IMG/VR virus record: IMGVR_UViG_2585427770_000004
DNA: 40,296 bases
Direction: 5' to 3' (one strand)
Source of the DNA: a virus
Lineage: Duplodnaviria > Heunggongvirae > Uroviricota > Caudoviricetes
Shown here: positions 30,690-38,972 of the stretch, in pieces
How positions within the stretch are numbered: the first letter of the stretch is position 1
Layout: every line of letters begins with the position of its first letter
Notes under the pieces: model-generated
What the model was told of the DNA's origin: nothing
Seen by the model: only the letters and a program-made list of their open reading frames with translations
Database searches by the model: none
Position numbers and translations under genes: made by a program

Positions 30690-30896
30690 TCAACTCACAA
30701 AACGCCACGCCATTTTTGCTACAGCGACAGGCATAACACCGATAATCACCCACAGGAAAATGCTACCGAAAAGCACACCCACCAGGTCTTTACCTTCGCC
30801 TACCAACCGGACAAAACAGCCAGCAACCACAATGAACGTCGCCACCATCCACAGAGCACCGAGAAGCCTCAATGCAGAGAAAATCAACTCAACCAC
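30690..30896 (-). CDS. Small hydrophobic membrane protein
   Basis: 68 aa, two predicted transmembrane helices (LLGALWMVATFIVVAGCFV and LFGSIFLWVIIGVMPVAVA). Confidence 0.45.
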   Translation of the reverse strand: MVELIFSALRLLGALWMVATFIVVAGCFVRLVGEGKDLVGVLFGSIFLWVIIGVMPVAVAKMAWRFVS

Positions 30897-30971
30897 GATT
30901 TACTCTCCCCCAAATAAAAAGGCCTGCGATTACCAGCAGGCCTGTTATTAGCTCAGTGATGTAGATGGTCA

Positions 30972-32423
30972 TCAGAATCCTCCTTTCTTCTTGGACTGCG
31001 GTTCCTCGCGTTCACGGCGGCGCATTTCAGCAGACTGTTGGTCTGTGTCATAAATAGCGCCATTTGCCTGAATGCAATACACCGTGCCGGTATTGCCATG
31101 ACGATTGAGACGAAGGATTAGTTCAGTTTCACCAGGTGGAACACTGTCATCAAAAGCGCCTTCACGATGGATCCCGACCCAATAATCGCAATCCTGTTCA
31201 ATCTGCCCTGTATCTCGTGAGTCACTTGGTAATGGGCGTTTATTGGTTCGGCTTTCCAGTGCGCGGTTAAGCTGTGTCAGAAGCACAACAACGCAATCAA
31301 GCTCTTTGGCAAGGTTCTTCAGTCCTTTGGTGATCATGCCGTAAGCAAGGTCGTTGCGATCGGCCTTCTCAGCGGTCATTAGTGTCAGGTAATCGACCAG
31401 AATCATGCCAACACATCCTTTTTCTCGCTTGATTCGACGGCTTTCGCTGACGATTTGAGCCAGAGATAATCCCGGCGTGTCGTCGATGTAAAGCATGTCG
31501 ATTTCACTCAAGCGATTTGCTGTTTCTATCGCCCTGTTGAAGTCACCATCGTAATCACCCTGATAGCCGTCATCAGCGTCATTTGTCGCCGGAAGGTAAA
31601 AAATATTCGGGTTAACACCTGACTTCTGTCCTACCAGCTTTTCCAGTATCTGGTCGCCTGGCATTTCAAGACTGAACATCAGAGCGGGCTTTTTCTCATG
31701 CACTGCGCAGTTGATTGCCATCTGGCTGTATAGCGTCGTTTTCCCCATCTTAGGGCGAGCGCCAATGACGAACAGAGAGCCTTTCACCAGACCTTTCGGT
31801 GACAGCATCCTGTCCAGCGATGGGATCCCTGTGCTCATTCCTCGTTGTTCGCCTGACGGGTCAAATCGCTTCTCAAGGTCGCTAACCCAGTCTTCCATGA
31901 CCTCACCAAATGAGCGAAGGCCGCGACGCGATCCGGTTTTTGCATGGTCTGTCAGTTGCGTGAAAATCGCCTGAATAGCTTCGTACTTCTGCGTTGCAGT
32001 CATTCCGTTGCGGGAATAGAGCAATTCCGTCGCTTCAGTCATGCGGTTGATGGCGTAGCGTTCCATTGCGGTTTCACGAACCTGCATTGCATAGGCAACG
32101 ATGTTTGCGGCGCTCGGCGTGTTCTTTGCGATCTCAGCGATATAAGCAAAACCGCCAACAGACGCCGTTAACGATTTACGCTCCAGTTCATCGAAAAGCG
32201 TCAGGCCATCTACTGGCTTTTGCTCCCGGTGCATTCTGGTTATTTCTTCGAAAAGGATTTTGTGTGGTCGGCTGTAAAATGAATCAGGCTTCAGCATCGC
32301 CAGAACTTTCCGGACGCGCTCACTGCTGTCATCATCCAGAAGCAATCCACCAATCACCGCCTGCTCTGCCTCGATGCTATGGGGCGGCGCATAAAAATTA
32401 TCGGTCATCGTGTTCACCCTCAC
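30972..32423 (-). CDS. Replicative DNA helicase (DnaB family; P22 gene 12 analogue)
   Basis: 483 aa; Walker A GARPKMGKTT; DnaB-like motifs IDDTPGLSLAQI and LKNLAKELDCVVVLLTQLNR. Confidence 0.85.
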   Translation of the reverse strand: MRVNTMTDNFYAPPHSIEAEQAVIGGLLLDDDSSERVRKVLAMLKPDSFYSRPHKILFEEITRMHREQKPVDGLTLFDELERKSLTASVGGFAYIAEIAKNTPSAANIVAYAMQVRETAMERYAINRMTEATELLYSRNGMTATQKYEAIQAIFTQLTDHAKTGSRRGLRSFGEVMEDWVSDLEKRFDPSGEQRGMSTGIPSLDRMLSPKGLVKGSLFVIGARPKMGKTTLYSQMAINCAVHEKKPALMFSLEMPGDQILEKLVGQKSGVNPNIFYLPATNDADDGYQGDYDGDFNRAIETANRLSEIDMLYIDDTPGLSLAQIVSESRRIKREKGCVGMILVDYLTLMTAEKADRNDLAYGMITKGLKNLAKELDCVVVLLTQLNRALESRTNKRPLPSDSRDTGQIEQDCDYWVGIHREGAFDDSVPPGETELILRLNRHGNTGTVYCIQANGAIYDTDQQSAEMRRREREEPQSKKKGGF

Positions 32424-33297
32424 GAACTTTCAGGTAGGTATTATCGTTAAGCAGGAAATCAAATCCCTTTTTGTGCCAGACGGTTCCGCGTTGATGGTTT
32501 GGGCGCTCTTCGAACATCCATCGGCAATTTTCACCAACGTAGCTCAAATAATTTCTCCAGTCCTGCATCGTGAACCCATGCCCGTCAAGCTGGCGGGTTA
32601 TCACTCCGGCTTTGCGCCAGAACGTTCGGATCTGGTTTTTACGCTTGTCATTCAGTGCGCGGATTCTTGGAGCTTCAGGAAGGATTTCGTGGTAAGCATC
32701 GACAACATCCTGACAGCTGACGGAAGGTTTTTTCTTGTCAGACTTTTTGTCTGCTGTGGCACTCTCTAATACGTCAGTATTAGAGATAATATTATTATAT
32801 TCTTTATCTGTGGTAATTTGCTGGTAATCTGCTGGTACAGCATTGCTTACAGGCATTGGTATTGCTGGCTTTGAGGTGGTAATTTGCTGGTAATCTGCTG
32901 GTACAAAATTTGACTGATAATCGTCATATTTCTCTACCGAGAAAACTGAGAATTTACCATGTGAAACCCAGTCAATCATGCCGAGTTTTTTGAACTTTCT
33001 AAGCAGGTACTGAACGCGATCTGGTTTGAGTCCTGTTTCAAACGCCAGAGAGTTTCTACCGCCAAGTAGCTTCCCTCTGCCTACCAGAATTTCTCCTGCG
33101 TCAGTCATTACATACTCAGGCGTATGCTTTGCTTTGAGGATTAAGTGAACCCACAGATGCGCTGCTTCTGCATCCTTGTAAAACGGCACATCCATAATTT
33201 TACGGTGCAGCAAGGCATACCCCTTACCGCTGCTTTGATGCGGTTGCTGGAGCCTTCTGGCCTCTCTGGCTTCGGCTAGATTAGATATGTTACTCAT
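32398..33297 (-). CDS. Replication initiation protein (lambda O / P22 gene 18 analogue) containing the origin
   Basis: 299 aa; origin iterons lie inside the gene and duplicate the peptide [10 protein letters not shown]. Confidence 0.75.
   Translation of the reverse strand: MSNISNLAEAREARRLQQPHQSSGKGYALLHRKIMDVPFYKDAEAAHLWVHLILKAKHTPEYVMTDAGEILVGRGKLLGGRNSLAFETGLKPDRVQYLLRKFKKLGMIDWVSHGKFSVFSVEKYDDYQSNFVPADYQQITTSKPAIPMPVSNAVPADYQQITTDKEYNNIISNTDVLESATADKKSDKKKPSVSCQDVVDAYHEILPEAPRIRALNDKRKNQIRTFWRKAGVITRQLDGHGFTMQDWRNYLSYVGENCRWMFEERPNHQRGTVWHKKGFDFLLNDNTYLKVREGEHDDR
32810..32905. repeat. Origin of replication: iterons inside the initiator gene
   Basis: GTGGTAATTTGCTGGTAATCTGCTGGTACA occurs twice (32810-32839, 32876-32905), each made of about 11-bp TGGTAATNTGC units, flanked by AT-rich DNA. 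Confidence 0.7.
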
Positions 33298-33436
33298 GAC
33301 CTTTCTCCTTCTGCATCAGCTTCACTTTTTCCAACTCAGCCCGGAATCGACCAGGCTGCTTGAAGCTGGACAGGAAGCGATCACGTAGTATGTGTTTGTG
33401 AATTTTGTCCTGGTAAGGACTGAGTTGTTTTGTCAT
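33290..33436 (-). CDS. Small hypothetical protein between cII-like gene and initiator
   Basis: 48 aa [25 protein letters not shown]...; stop overlaps the initiator ATG; under the track size cut-off. Confidence 0.3.
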   Translation of the reverse strand: MTKQLSPYQDKIHKHILRDRFLSSFKQPGRFRAELEKVKLMQKEKGHE

Positions 33437-33468
33437 AATTACTCCTGTGGATTGATCCAGTAATTCCC

Positions 33469-33765
33469 TCAGAATTGCATATCAATTTGCTTAAAATCCT
33501 CGGTGGCGGCCGGGGATTTTTTCTTTGTGATTTCATCAAGCGCATACTTAAAAGCCCTGCTAATCGGACTGATGTCTGATGCCATTCCGAAAGCACACAA
33601 GACCGAAGCAATAAATCTCCAGTCCGTTCTGCTTATCTTCGATTCATGACAGCCAATCATCTTTGCCAGACCGCGCTGGGTAAGCGTTGACAGGTTGATG
33701 AGTAAATCAGTTTCAGCGCGATCAATTTCTCGCTGTGTTGGCTTGCTGTAGCTTGCTTGTGCCAT
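33469..33765 (-). CDS. CII-like transcriptional activator (P22 c1 analogue)
   Basis: 98 aa; C-terminus [18 protein letters not shown] parallels lambda CII KKRPAATERSEQIQMEF; HTH region [15 protein letters not shown]. Confidence 0.75.
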   Translation of the reverse strand: MAQASYSKPTQREIDRAETDLLINLSTLTQRGLAKMIGCHESKISRTDWRFIASVLCAFGMASDISPISRAFKYALDEITKKKSPAATEDFKQIDMQF

Positions 33766-33834
33766 TTGTTAATTTTCCTATATTGATATTGAGTTATAGC
33801 GGCACACCCAATGGATTTGCCGCTGATGTTTGCT

Positions 33835-33874
33835 CACCCGGTTAGAGGTGAAAGGCCAGAACTGTTAAAGAGCA
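33835..33874 (-). promoter_or_regulatory. nutR-like site (boxA plus boxB hairpin)
   Basis: Minus strand: boxA-like TGCTCTTTAACAG, then hairpin CACCU-CUAACC-GGGUG with the same loop as the nutL hairpin. Confidence 0.55.
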
Positions 33875-33880
33875 ATTTGC

Positions 33881-34066
33881 TTATGCCGCTTGGCGGTAAG
33901 CACTTTCTTGATACTTCAGGGCGCCAGCTGTAACGATTTCCAATCGATAGGCGTCTTTCTCTGGGATAACTTCTTTCCACTGAGAGACTGCTGCATCGCT
34001 AATGCCTAGTGCTTTAGCAACAGCACGCTGGGTTCCGAAGTGGTCAATAACATCTTTTTTGTACAT
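33881..34066 (-). CDS. cro: Cro repressor
   Basis: 61 aa MYKKDVIDHFGTQRAVAKALGISDAAVSQWKEVIPEKDAYRLEIVTAGALKYQESAYRQAA, near-identical to P22 Cro as recalled. Confidence 0.9.
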   Translation of the reverse strand: MYKKDVIDHFGTQRAVAKALGISDAAVSQWKEVIPEKDAYRLEIVTAGALKYQESAYRQAA

Positions 34067-34080
34067 AGACTCGCTCCGAA

Positions 34081-34145
34081 ATTAAAGAACACTTAAATTA
34101 TCCACCAAAGGAATCTTAAGTCAAGTTTATTTAAGATGTCTTAAC
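34081..34145. promoter_or_regulatory. OR operator region (three c2/cro operators with pR and pRM)
   Basis: Three ~18-bp sites with TTAAG half-sites: ATTAAAGAACACTTAAAT, ACCAAAGGAATCTTAAGT, ATTTAAGATGTCTTAACT between divergent cro and c2. Confidence 0.65.
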
Positions 34146-34146
34146 T

Positions 34147-34797
34147 ATGAATACACAACTGATGGGTGAGCGTATTCGCGCTCGCAGAAAAGAACTCAAG
34201 ATTAGGCAGGCTGCCCTTGGCAAGATGGTTGGCGTGTCTAATGTTGCTATTTCCCAATGGGAGCGATCTGAAACTGAGCCCAATGGCGAAAACCTATTGG
34301 CCTTAGCCAAGGCTTTGCAGTGCTCCCCTGATTACCTGTTGAAAGGAGAGGATAGTCTTTCAAACATTGCCTATCACAGCAGGCATGATCCAAGAGGTTC
34401 GTATCCTCTAATTAGTTGGGTAAGCGCAGGATGTTGGATGGAAGCTGTAGAGCCATATCATAGGCGTGCAATAGATAACTGGTACGACACAACGGTAGAT
34501 TGTTCTGAAGACTCTTTTTGGCTCGACGTTAAAGGCGATTCAATGACTGCCCCGGCAGGACTGAGTATTCCTGAGGGGATGATTATTCTCGTCGACCCAG
34601 AAGTCGAACCACGTAATGGAAAGTTGGTAGTCGCCAAACTTGAAGGAGAAAACGAGGCGACATTCAAAAAGTTAGTTATTGATGCCGGTAGAAAATTCCT
34701 GAAACCACTCAATCCACAATACCCAATGATTGAAATCAATGGGAACTGTAAAATCATTGGCGTTGTCGTTGATGCCAAGCTAGCAAACCTTCCTTAA
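34147..34797 (+). CDS. c2: C2 repressor (HTH plus S24 autopeptidase domain)
   Basis: 216 aa MNTQLMGERIRARRKELKIRQAALGKMVGVSNVAISQWERSETEPNGENLLALAKALQCSPDYLL..., near-identical to P22 C2 as recalled. Confidence 0.9.
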   Translation: MNTQLMGERIRARRKELKIRQAALGKMVGVSNVAISQWERSETEPNGENLLALAKALQCSPDYLLKGEDSLSNIAYHSRHDPRGSYPLISWVSAGCWMEAVEPYHRRAIDNWYDTTVDCSEDSFWLDVKGDSMTAPAGLSIPEGMIILVDPEVEPRNGKLVVAKLEGENEATFKKLVIDAGRKFLKPLNPQYPMIEINGNCKIIGVVVDAKLANLP

Positions 34798-34820
34798 GGG
34801 GCTTTCGCCCCTTTTTTATT
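34796..34820 (+). terminator. Rho-independent terminator after c2
   Basis: AAGGGGCTTTCGCCCCTT followed by TTTTTATTT. Confidence 0.65.
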
Positions 34821-34859
34821 TCCCGTTAAAAATCAAAGACAAACTAAATTCACGCCCAT

Positions 34860-34920
34860 ATAATTAAGTTTTCTTCAAAAATGCACTTGACCAATAAATT
34901 AAGAAGTCTTAAATTTAAGC
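34860..34920 (+). promoter_or_regulatory. OL operators and pL promoter
   Basis: Operator-like AATTAAGAAGTCTTAAAT and AATTAAGTTTTCTTCAAA; -35 TTGACC at 34887-34892 with a TAAATT -10 candidate. Confidence 0.55.
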
Positions 34921-34961
34921 CATCAGCAGGACGCTGGAAGCCAAACGGAACAGATTGGCAG

Positions 34962-35001
34962 GCTCTTTAACATCGACGGACTCTCAACCTAACCGTTGAG
35001 A
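34962..35001 (+). promoter_or_regulatory. nutL-like site (boxA plus boxB hairpin)
   Basis: boxA-like GCTCTTTAA (34962-34970); 11 nt later hairpin TCTCAAC-CTAACC-GTTGAGA (34982-35001). Confidence 0.6.
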
Positions 35002-35111
35002 CCAGAACTTGAGTGGTTTTGGGGATGGTGCGAATTGCAGCTGCAAGACAGCGATCGAGAAGATAAGCACCTCGACGCGTCATGCGCCAAAGCCACTTAA
35101 AGGAGACCATC

Positions 35112-35384
35112 ATGGTAACCATTGTCTGGAAAGAATCCAAAGGTACGGCAAAAAGCCGCTACAAAGCTCGCAGAGCAGAACTTATTGCCGAGAGACGCAG
35201 TAATGAAGCACTGGCGCGAAAAATTGCGCTAAAGCTCTCTGGTTGCGTCAGAGCAGACAAAGCAGCATCACTTGGCAGCCTTCTCAGCAAGAAGGCAGAT
35301 GAATGCAGTGGAAGTATTTGCCTGCCAAACGTAGCCATTTACTCGGCAGGCTACCGGAAATCAAAACAACTGACGGCGAGGTAA
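35112..35384 (+). CDS. N-like early antiterminator (P22 gene 24 analogue)
   Basis: 90 aa from ATG at 35112 with AGGAG RBS; arginine-rich N-terminus; C-terminus LPNVAIYSAGYRKSKQLTAR parallels P22 gp24 LPGVALYAAGHRKSKQITAR as recalled. Confidence 0.75.
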   Translation: MVTIVWKESKGTAKSRYKARRAELIAERRSNEALARKIALKLSGCVRADKAASLGSLLSKKADECSGSICLPNVAIYSAGYRKSKQLTAR

Positions 35385-35387
35385 GTG

Positions 35388-35612
35388 ATGAATCAGACAT
35401 ACATTCCATCATGCTTGAGAAATCTGCCAAAGCAGAAAGCAAAGCCCCGCAAGCAAGCCATAAAGGGCGCTAAGGCAGAGGTTATTGAACAAGCAATACA
35501 ATTGCTCAGGGAGGAGTTAAGAAGTGGCAAGCTCGAAGGAATGATGATGCCCTATCAGCGCGGATATCTATCGGCGATTAGTAAGTTGGAAGTATTGAAG
35601 AGTGAATTATGA
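35388..35612 (+). CDS. Hypothetical early-left protein
   Basis: 74 aa (GTG at 35385 or ATG at 35388), lysine-rich N-terminus, directly after gene 24. Confidence 0.45.
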   Translation: MNQTYIPSCLRNLPKQKAKPRKQAIKGAKAEVIEQAIQLLREELRSGKLEGMMMPYQRGYLSAISKLEVLKSEL

Positions 35613-35674
35613 ACTATCTGGAATTTCCGGATGGTTCATTGTTTTGGCAGCAAACCACTTATTTGAGGTGAGAT

Positions 35675-36145
35675 ATGACAATATCATGGAGCGTACCTTT
35701 TCCTGAATCAGAAACTGAACATGATGGAATGCCTGTTTTCTGGAGATTCCAGGCGACAGTTGAAGAAGATGGAATCAAAATATTCGCACTTCAATATATA
35801 GCCTTTCATCAGACAGAGCATTATGCATGGTTGGTTCCTGCGCATTGGATTGTTAATTTTAAACCAGCACCAAATCAGTGGTTACAGGAATGGAAACAAA
35901 AGAGAAATAGATATGCAATTAAGAAAGTAGCAAAAAATGCAGAAAGATCTTTTGCATTCCCAACGAAGAAACTTGCCATTGAAAGTTTATTGCGCCGGAA
36001 GAAATACCATTTAATGAGAATCAAACAAGATTTGGCTGTTGTATCAACTCTTGTTGATGGGATGAAGAATATTGATACATCAACACCAGATATTGAATAT
36101 AACTTTGGACACAACCAAGAAACAGAAAATTGGGTATTTTATTAG
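35675..36145 (+). CDS. Hypothetical early-left protein (AT-rich cargo)
   Basis: 156 aa; no family recognised; followed by a hairpin and a terminator. Confidence 0.5.
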   Translation: MTISWSVPFPESETEHDGMPVFWRFQATVEEDGIKIFALQYIAFHQTEHYAWLVPAHWIVNFKPAPNQWLQEWKQKRNRYAIKKVAKNAERSFAFPTKKLAIESLLRRKKYHLMRIKQDLAVVSTLVDGMKNIDTSTPDIEYNFGHNQETENWVFY

Positions 36146-36249
36146 TACAAATAAGCACTGTGTATTCATTCCAACGAGTGAATACACGGAGCAATGTCGC
36201 TCGTAACGAAACAGGAGCCGACTTGTTCTGATTATTGGAAATCTTCTTT

Positions 36250-36277
36250 GCCCTCCTATGTGAGGGCGATTTTTTAT
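36250..36277 (+). terminator. Rho-independent terminator inside the early-left operon
   Basis: GCCCTC-CTATGT-GAGGGC followed by GATTTTTTAT. Confidence 0.6.
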
Positions 36278-36295
36278 CTGTGAGGATATGAACAG

Positions 36296-36664
36296 ATGTC
36301 AAACATCAAAAAATACATCATTGATTACGACTGGAAAGCATCAATAGAAATTGAAATCGACCATGACGTAATGACAGAGGAAAAACTTCACCAGATTAAT
36401 AATTTCTGGTCAGACTCTGAATACCGACTCAATAAACACGGCTCTGTATTAAATGCTGTATTAATCATGCTGGCGCAACATGCTCTGCTTATAGCAATTT
36501 CAAGCGACTTAAATGCATATGGTGTTGTGTGTGAGTTCGACTGGAATGATGGAAATGGTCAGGAAGGATGGCCTCCAATGGATGGTAGCGAAGGAATAAG
36601 AATTACCGATATCGATACATCAGGAATATTTGATTCAGATGATATGACTATCAAAGCCGCCTGA
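36296..36664 (+). CDS. Acidic hypothetical protein (candidate anti-restriction / anti-defence)
   Basis: 122 aa with many D/E (EIEIDHDVMTEE, DWNDGNGQEGWPPMDGSEGIRITDIDTSGIFDSDDM); located in the early-left slot where lambda carries ral. Confidence 0.5.
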   Translation: MSNIKKYIIDYDWKASIEIEIDHDVMTEEKLHQINNFWSDSEYRLNKHGSVLNAVLIMLAQHALLIAISSDLNAYGVVCEFDWNDGNGQEGWPPMDGSEGIRITDIDTSGIFDSDDMTIKAA

Positions 36665-36739
36665 GCGCGGCGTTACCGCATACCAATAACGCTTCACTCG
36701 AGGCGTTTTCGTTATGCAATCAAACAGAAGGAGCATCCT

Positions 36740-36910
36740 ATGCAACAGTTCGCTATTGCAGGGGCGGCATCGGTTCGCCCTTTCAACCCGATTTTATCGG
36801 TACAGCATTCACGAAAGAATATTTTAACCGGAGCAGACTTTAAACAACCAAGAATGAAAAGTTTGCTCGAAAAGCTTTGGGATATTTTGAAACAACAAGG
36901 CCGCCCATGA
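36740..36910 (+). CDS. CIII-like protein
   Basis: 56 aa MQQFAIAGAAS...SLLEKLWDILKQQGRP parallels lambda CIII MQYAIAG...LLERITRKLRDGWKRLIDILNQPG; AAGGAG RBS; under the track size cut-off. Confidence 0.6.
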   Translation: MQQFAIAGAASVRPFNPILSVQHSRKNILTGADFKQPRMKSLLEKLWDILKQQGRP

Positions 36911-37065
36911 GTTTTACAGATAACTGGTCAGACGAAGAATTCATTCGTCAGATGAAAGAATTAATCGGTAACGAAGGAGATATTCATGTCACTTGCAACC
37001 ACAGTGAAGGAGAGCAAGTTACAGAGACGCATGTACACGCAGAAAGCTCTCTGGTATCGCCATAA
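36907..37065 (+). CDS. Kil-position small protein
   Basis: 52 aa MSFTDNWSDEEFIRQMKEL...; ATGA overlap with the cIII-like stop; assignment by position only. Confidence 0.35.
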   Translation: MSFTDNWSDEEFIRQMKELIGNEGDIHVTCNHSEGEQVTETHVHAESSLVSP

Positions 37066-37166
37066 TGGCGACCGCGAAGGAATGCGGGTATGCCTTAATT
37101 TGTCCCGAGTCGAAGTATTAAATCAGCGTTATTTCCTTGGGCCATGTCCATTCTGAGAACAAACAT

Positions 37167-37772
37167 ATGAGCAAAGAATTTTACGCAAGACTGGCAGCTA
37201 TTCAGGAGAATCTGAACGCGCCAAAGAATCAGTACAACTCATTCGGTAAATATAAATACAGAAGCTGCGAAGACATTCTTGAAGGCGTTAAGCCGTTACT
37301 GAATGGCCTGTTTTTATCAATCAGCGATGAAGTTGTGTTGATTGGTGATCGGTATTACGTGAAAGCCACGGCAACTATTACCGATGGCGAAAACAGTCAT
37401 ACGGCAACTGCTCTTGCACGAGAGGAAGAAAGCAAGAAAGGAATGGATTCTGCACAAGTTACTGGAGCTACAAGCTCTTATGCGCGCAAGTATTGCCTCA
37501 ATGGTTTGTTCGGCATTGATGATGCGAAAGATGCAGATACCGACGAACATAAACATCAGCAGAACGCAGCAGCAAAGCAATCAAAACCATCACCTACACC
37601 TGAACAGGTTCTAAAAGCATTCACTGACGCAGCAATGCAAAAAAACACCGTGGAAGAGCTTAAACAGGCGTTCGCCAAAGCGTGGAAGATGCTCGAAGGA
37701 ACACCGGAGCAGCACAAAGCGCAGGACGTTTACAACATCAGACGAGACGAATTAGAAGGAGCGGCTGCTTAA
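37167..37772 (+). CDS. erf: Erf single-strand annealing recombinase
   Basis: From internal ATG at 37167: MSKEFYARLAAIQENLNAPKNQYNSFGKYKYRSCEDILEGVKPLLNGLFLSISDEVVLIGDRYYVKATATITDGENSH..., near-identical to P22 Erf as recalled. Confidence 0.85.
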   Translation: MSKEFYARLAAIQENLNAPKNQYNSFGKYKYRSCEDILEGVKPLLNGLFLSISDEVVLIGDRYYVKATATITDGENSHTATALAREEESKKGMDSAQVTGATSSYARKYCLNGLFGIDDAKDADTDEHKHQQNAAAKQSKPSPTPEQVLKAFTDAAMQKNTVEELKQAFAKAWKMLEGTPEQHKAQDVYNIRRDELEGAAA

Positions 37773-38152
37773 TGGCACATTCGATTACTGTAAGACTAAA
37801 CAAGCCAGCAAGAGAGTTTCAGGCCGGGGAAAATATCGGATTCAACATCCGTGCTGGCGTTCAGTATTACGATCGCCAGACAAAAAAGAAAGAATGGACA
37901 AACTACAGCGCCGTTGTATTTGCCAAGCCGGGAGCGCAAGCGGATTACTACCGTAGTGTTCTTGTTGAAGGTGGCATTGTGGAAATTACCGGAGAAAACA
38001 TCAGGGTTGATGTTTATCAGGGGCAAAATGGTCAATCAATCACTCTTGAATTACTGAATGCAAAGATTGGATTTGCAGCTTCAGGAAATGGCCAGCAGCA
38101 AAGTAGTAACCAGCAGAACACTCCTGAATACGACGATTCCATCCCCTTCTGA
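37772..38152 (+). CDS. Single-stranded DNA-binding protein-like (short OB-fold SSB with canonical acidic tail)
   Basis: 126 aa MAHSITVRLNKPAREFQAGENIGFNIRAGVQYYDRQTKKKEWTNYSAVVFAKPGAQADYYRSVLVEGGIVEITGE... ending NTPEYDDSIPF (compare E. coli SSB DFDDDIPF); TAATG overlap with erf. Confidence 0.6.
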   Translation: MAHSITVRLNKPAREFQAGENIGFNIRAGVQYYDRQTKKKEWTNYSAVVFAKPGAQADYYRSVLVEGGIVEITGENIRVDVYQGQNGQSITLELLNAKIGFAASGNGQQQSSNQQNTPEYDDSIPF

Positions 38153-38175
38153 TTTAGAAAAATAAGGATTTAATT

Positions 38176-38472
38176 ATGCCAGCGCCTCTGTATGGTGCGG
38201 ATAACCCGCGCCGCTGTTCCGGCAAATCCGTATCGGAGGTGCTGGATAAATTCAGAAAAAACTACGACCTGATAATGTCGCTACCGCAGGAAACGAAAGA
38301 GGAAAAGGAATTTCGCCACTGTATATGGCTTGCAGAGAAAGAAGAACGCGAGCGAATTTACCAGACATCAATCCGACCATTCCGCAAAGCCACATATACC
38401 CACTTCCCTGAATATATCGACCCGCGCCTGCGTAATTACCGCTCACGCTATGGCGCTATCAGTAATGACTGA
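38176..38472 (+). CDS. Abc2-like anti-RecBCD protein (assignment by size and position)
   Basis: 98 aa directly downstream of erf/SSB, where P22 encodes abc; sequence identity to P22 Abc2 not verified. Confidence 0.4.
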   Translation: MPAPLYGADNPRRCSGKSVSEVLDKFRKNYDLIMSLPQETKEEKEFRHCIWLAEKEERERIYQTSIRPFRKATYTHFPEYIDPRLRNYRSRYGAISND

Positions 38473-38482
38473 GGAATTTACC

Positions 38483-38650
38483 ATGAGAGGACTTGCATAC
38501 AATCCCGGCATTCTTCCGGCAGAAATGATTATTCGCCAACGCGTAAAGCCAATGCCATCGAGAGAGGAATTGCTTAAAAGAAAGAGTTTCGGTTCTGTTA
38601 ATGACAACAAATATCTGAATGCGATGTGGCGCAAAGGAGGCAAACAGTGA
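38483..38650 (+). CDS. Small hypothetical protein
   Basis: 55 aa from ATG at 38483 with GAGGAA RBS. Confidence 0.4.
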   Translation: MRGLAYNPGILPAEMIIRQRVKPMPSREELLKRKSFGSVNDNKYLNAMWRKGGKQ

Positions 38651-38934
38651 GCGAAATTAATTACCAGGCACTGCGTGAAGCGGCAGAAAAAGCAACGTGT
38701 GGTGAGTGGTCGCTCGAATATGGAGAGAGCCGATTTGATTGTGATGATGCGCTAATTCATCGCGAGGCTGCTGGATATATTCCCATTTGCAGAATTGAAG
38801 GAGCGCATCCTGAAAGCGGTTTCGATGAAGATTTCCAAATGGAACAGCAGGCCAATGCTGAATTCATCGCCGCAGCCAATCCGGCTACCGTCTTGGCGCT
38901 GCTTGGCGAGCTGGAAGCAGCAAAAAGCGCATAG
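38647..38934 (+). CDS. Ead/Ea22-like N-terminal domain protein
   Basis: GTG start overlapping the previous stop; [17 protein letters not shown] and [27 protein letters not shown] resemble the Ead/Ea22-like family. Confidence 0.45.
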   Translation: MSEINYQALREAAEKATCGEWSLEYGESRFDCDDALIHREAAGYIPICRIEGAHPESGFDEDFQMEQQANAEFIAAANPATVLALLGELEAAKSA

Positions 38935-38972
38935 CAGAACTGGAAGCCGAACCTGTAAGCCAAACTTACAAC

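Noticed and set aside
32810-32905. Direct repeats that might suggest a CRISPR array
   Set aside because: Only two copies, inside a protein-coding gene, with iteron substructure and an AT-rich flank; this is a replication origin, and no CRISPR array is present in the window
37065-37166. Possible arf-like micro-ORF between kil-position gene and erf
   Set aside because: The only ATG-initiated frame gives about 18 codons; too short and unsupported
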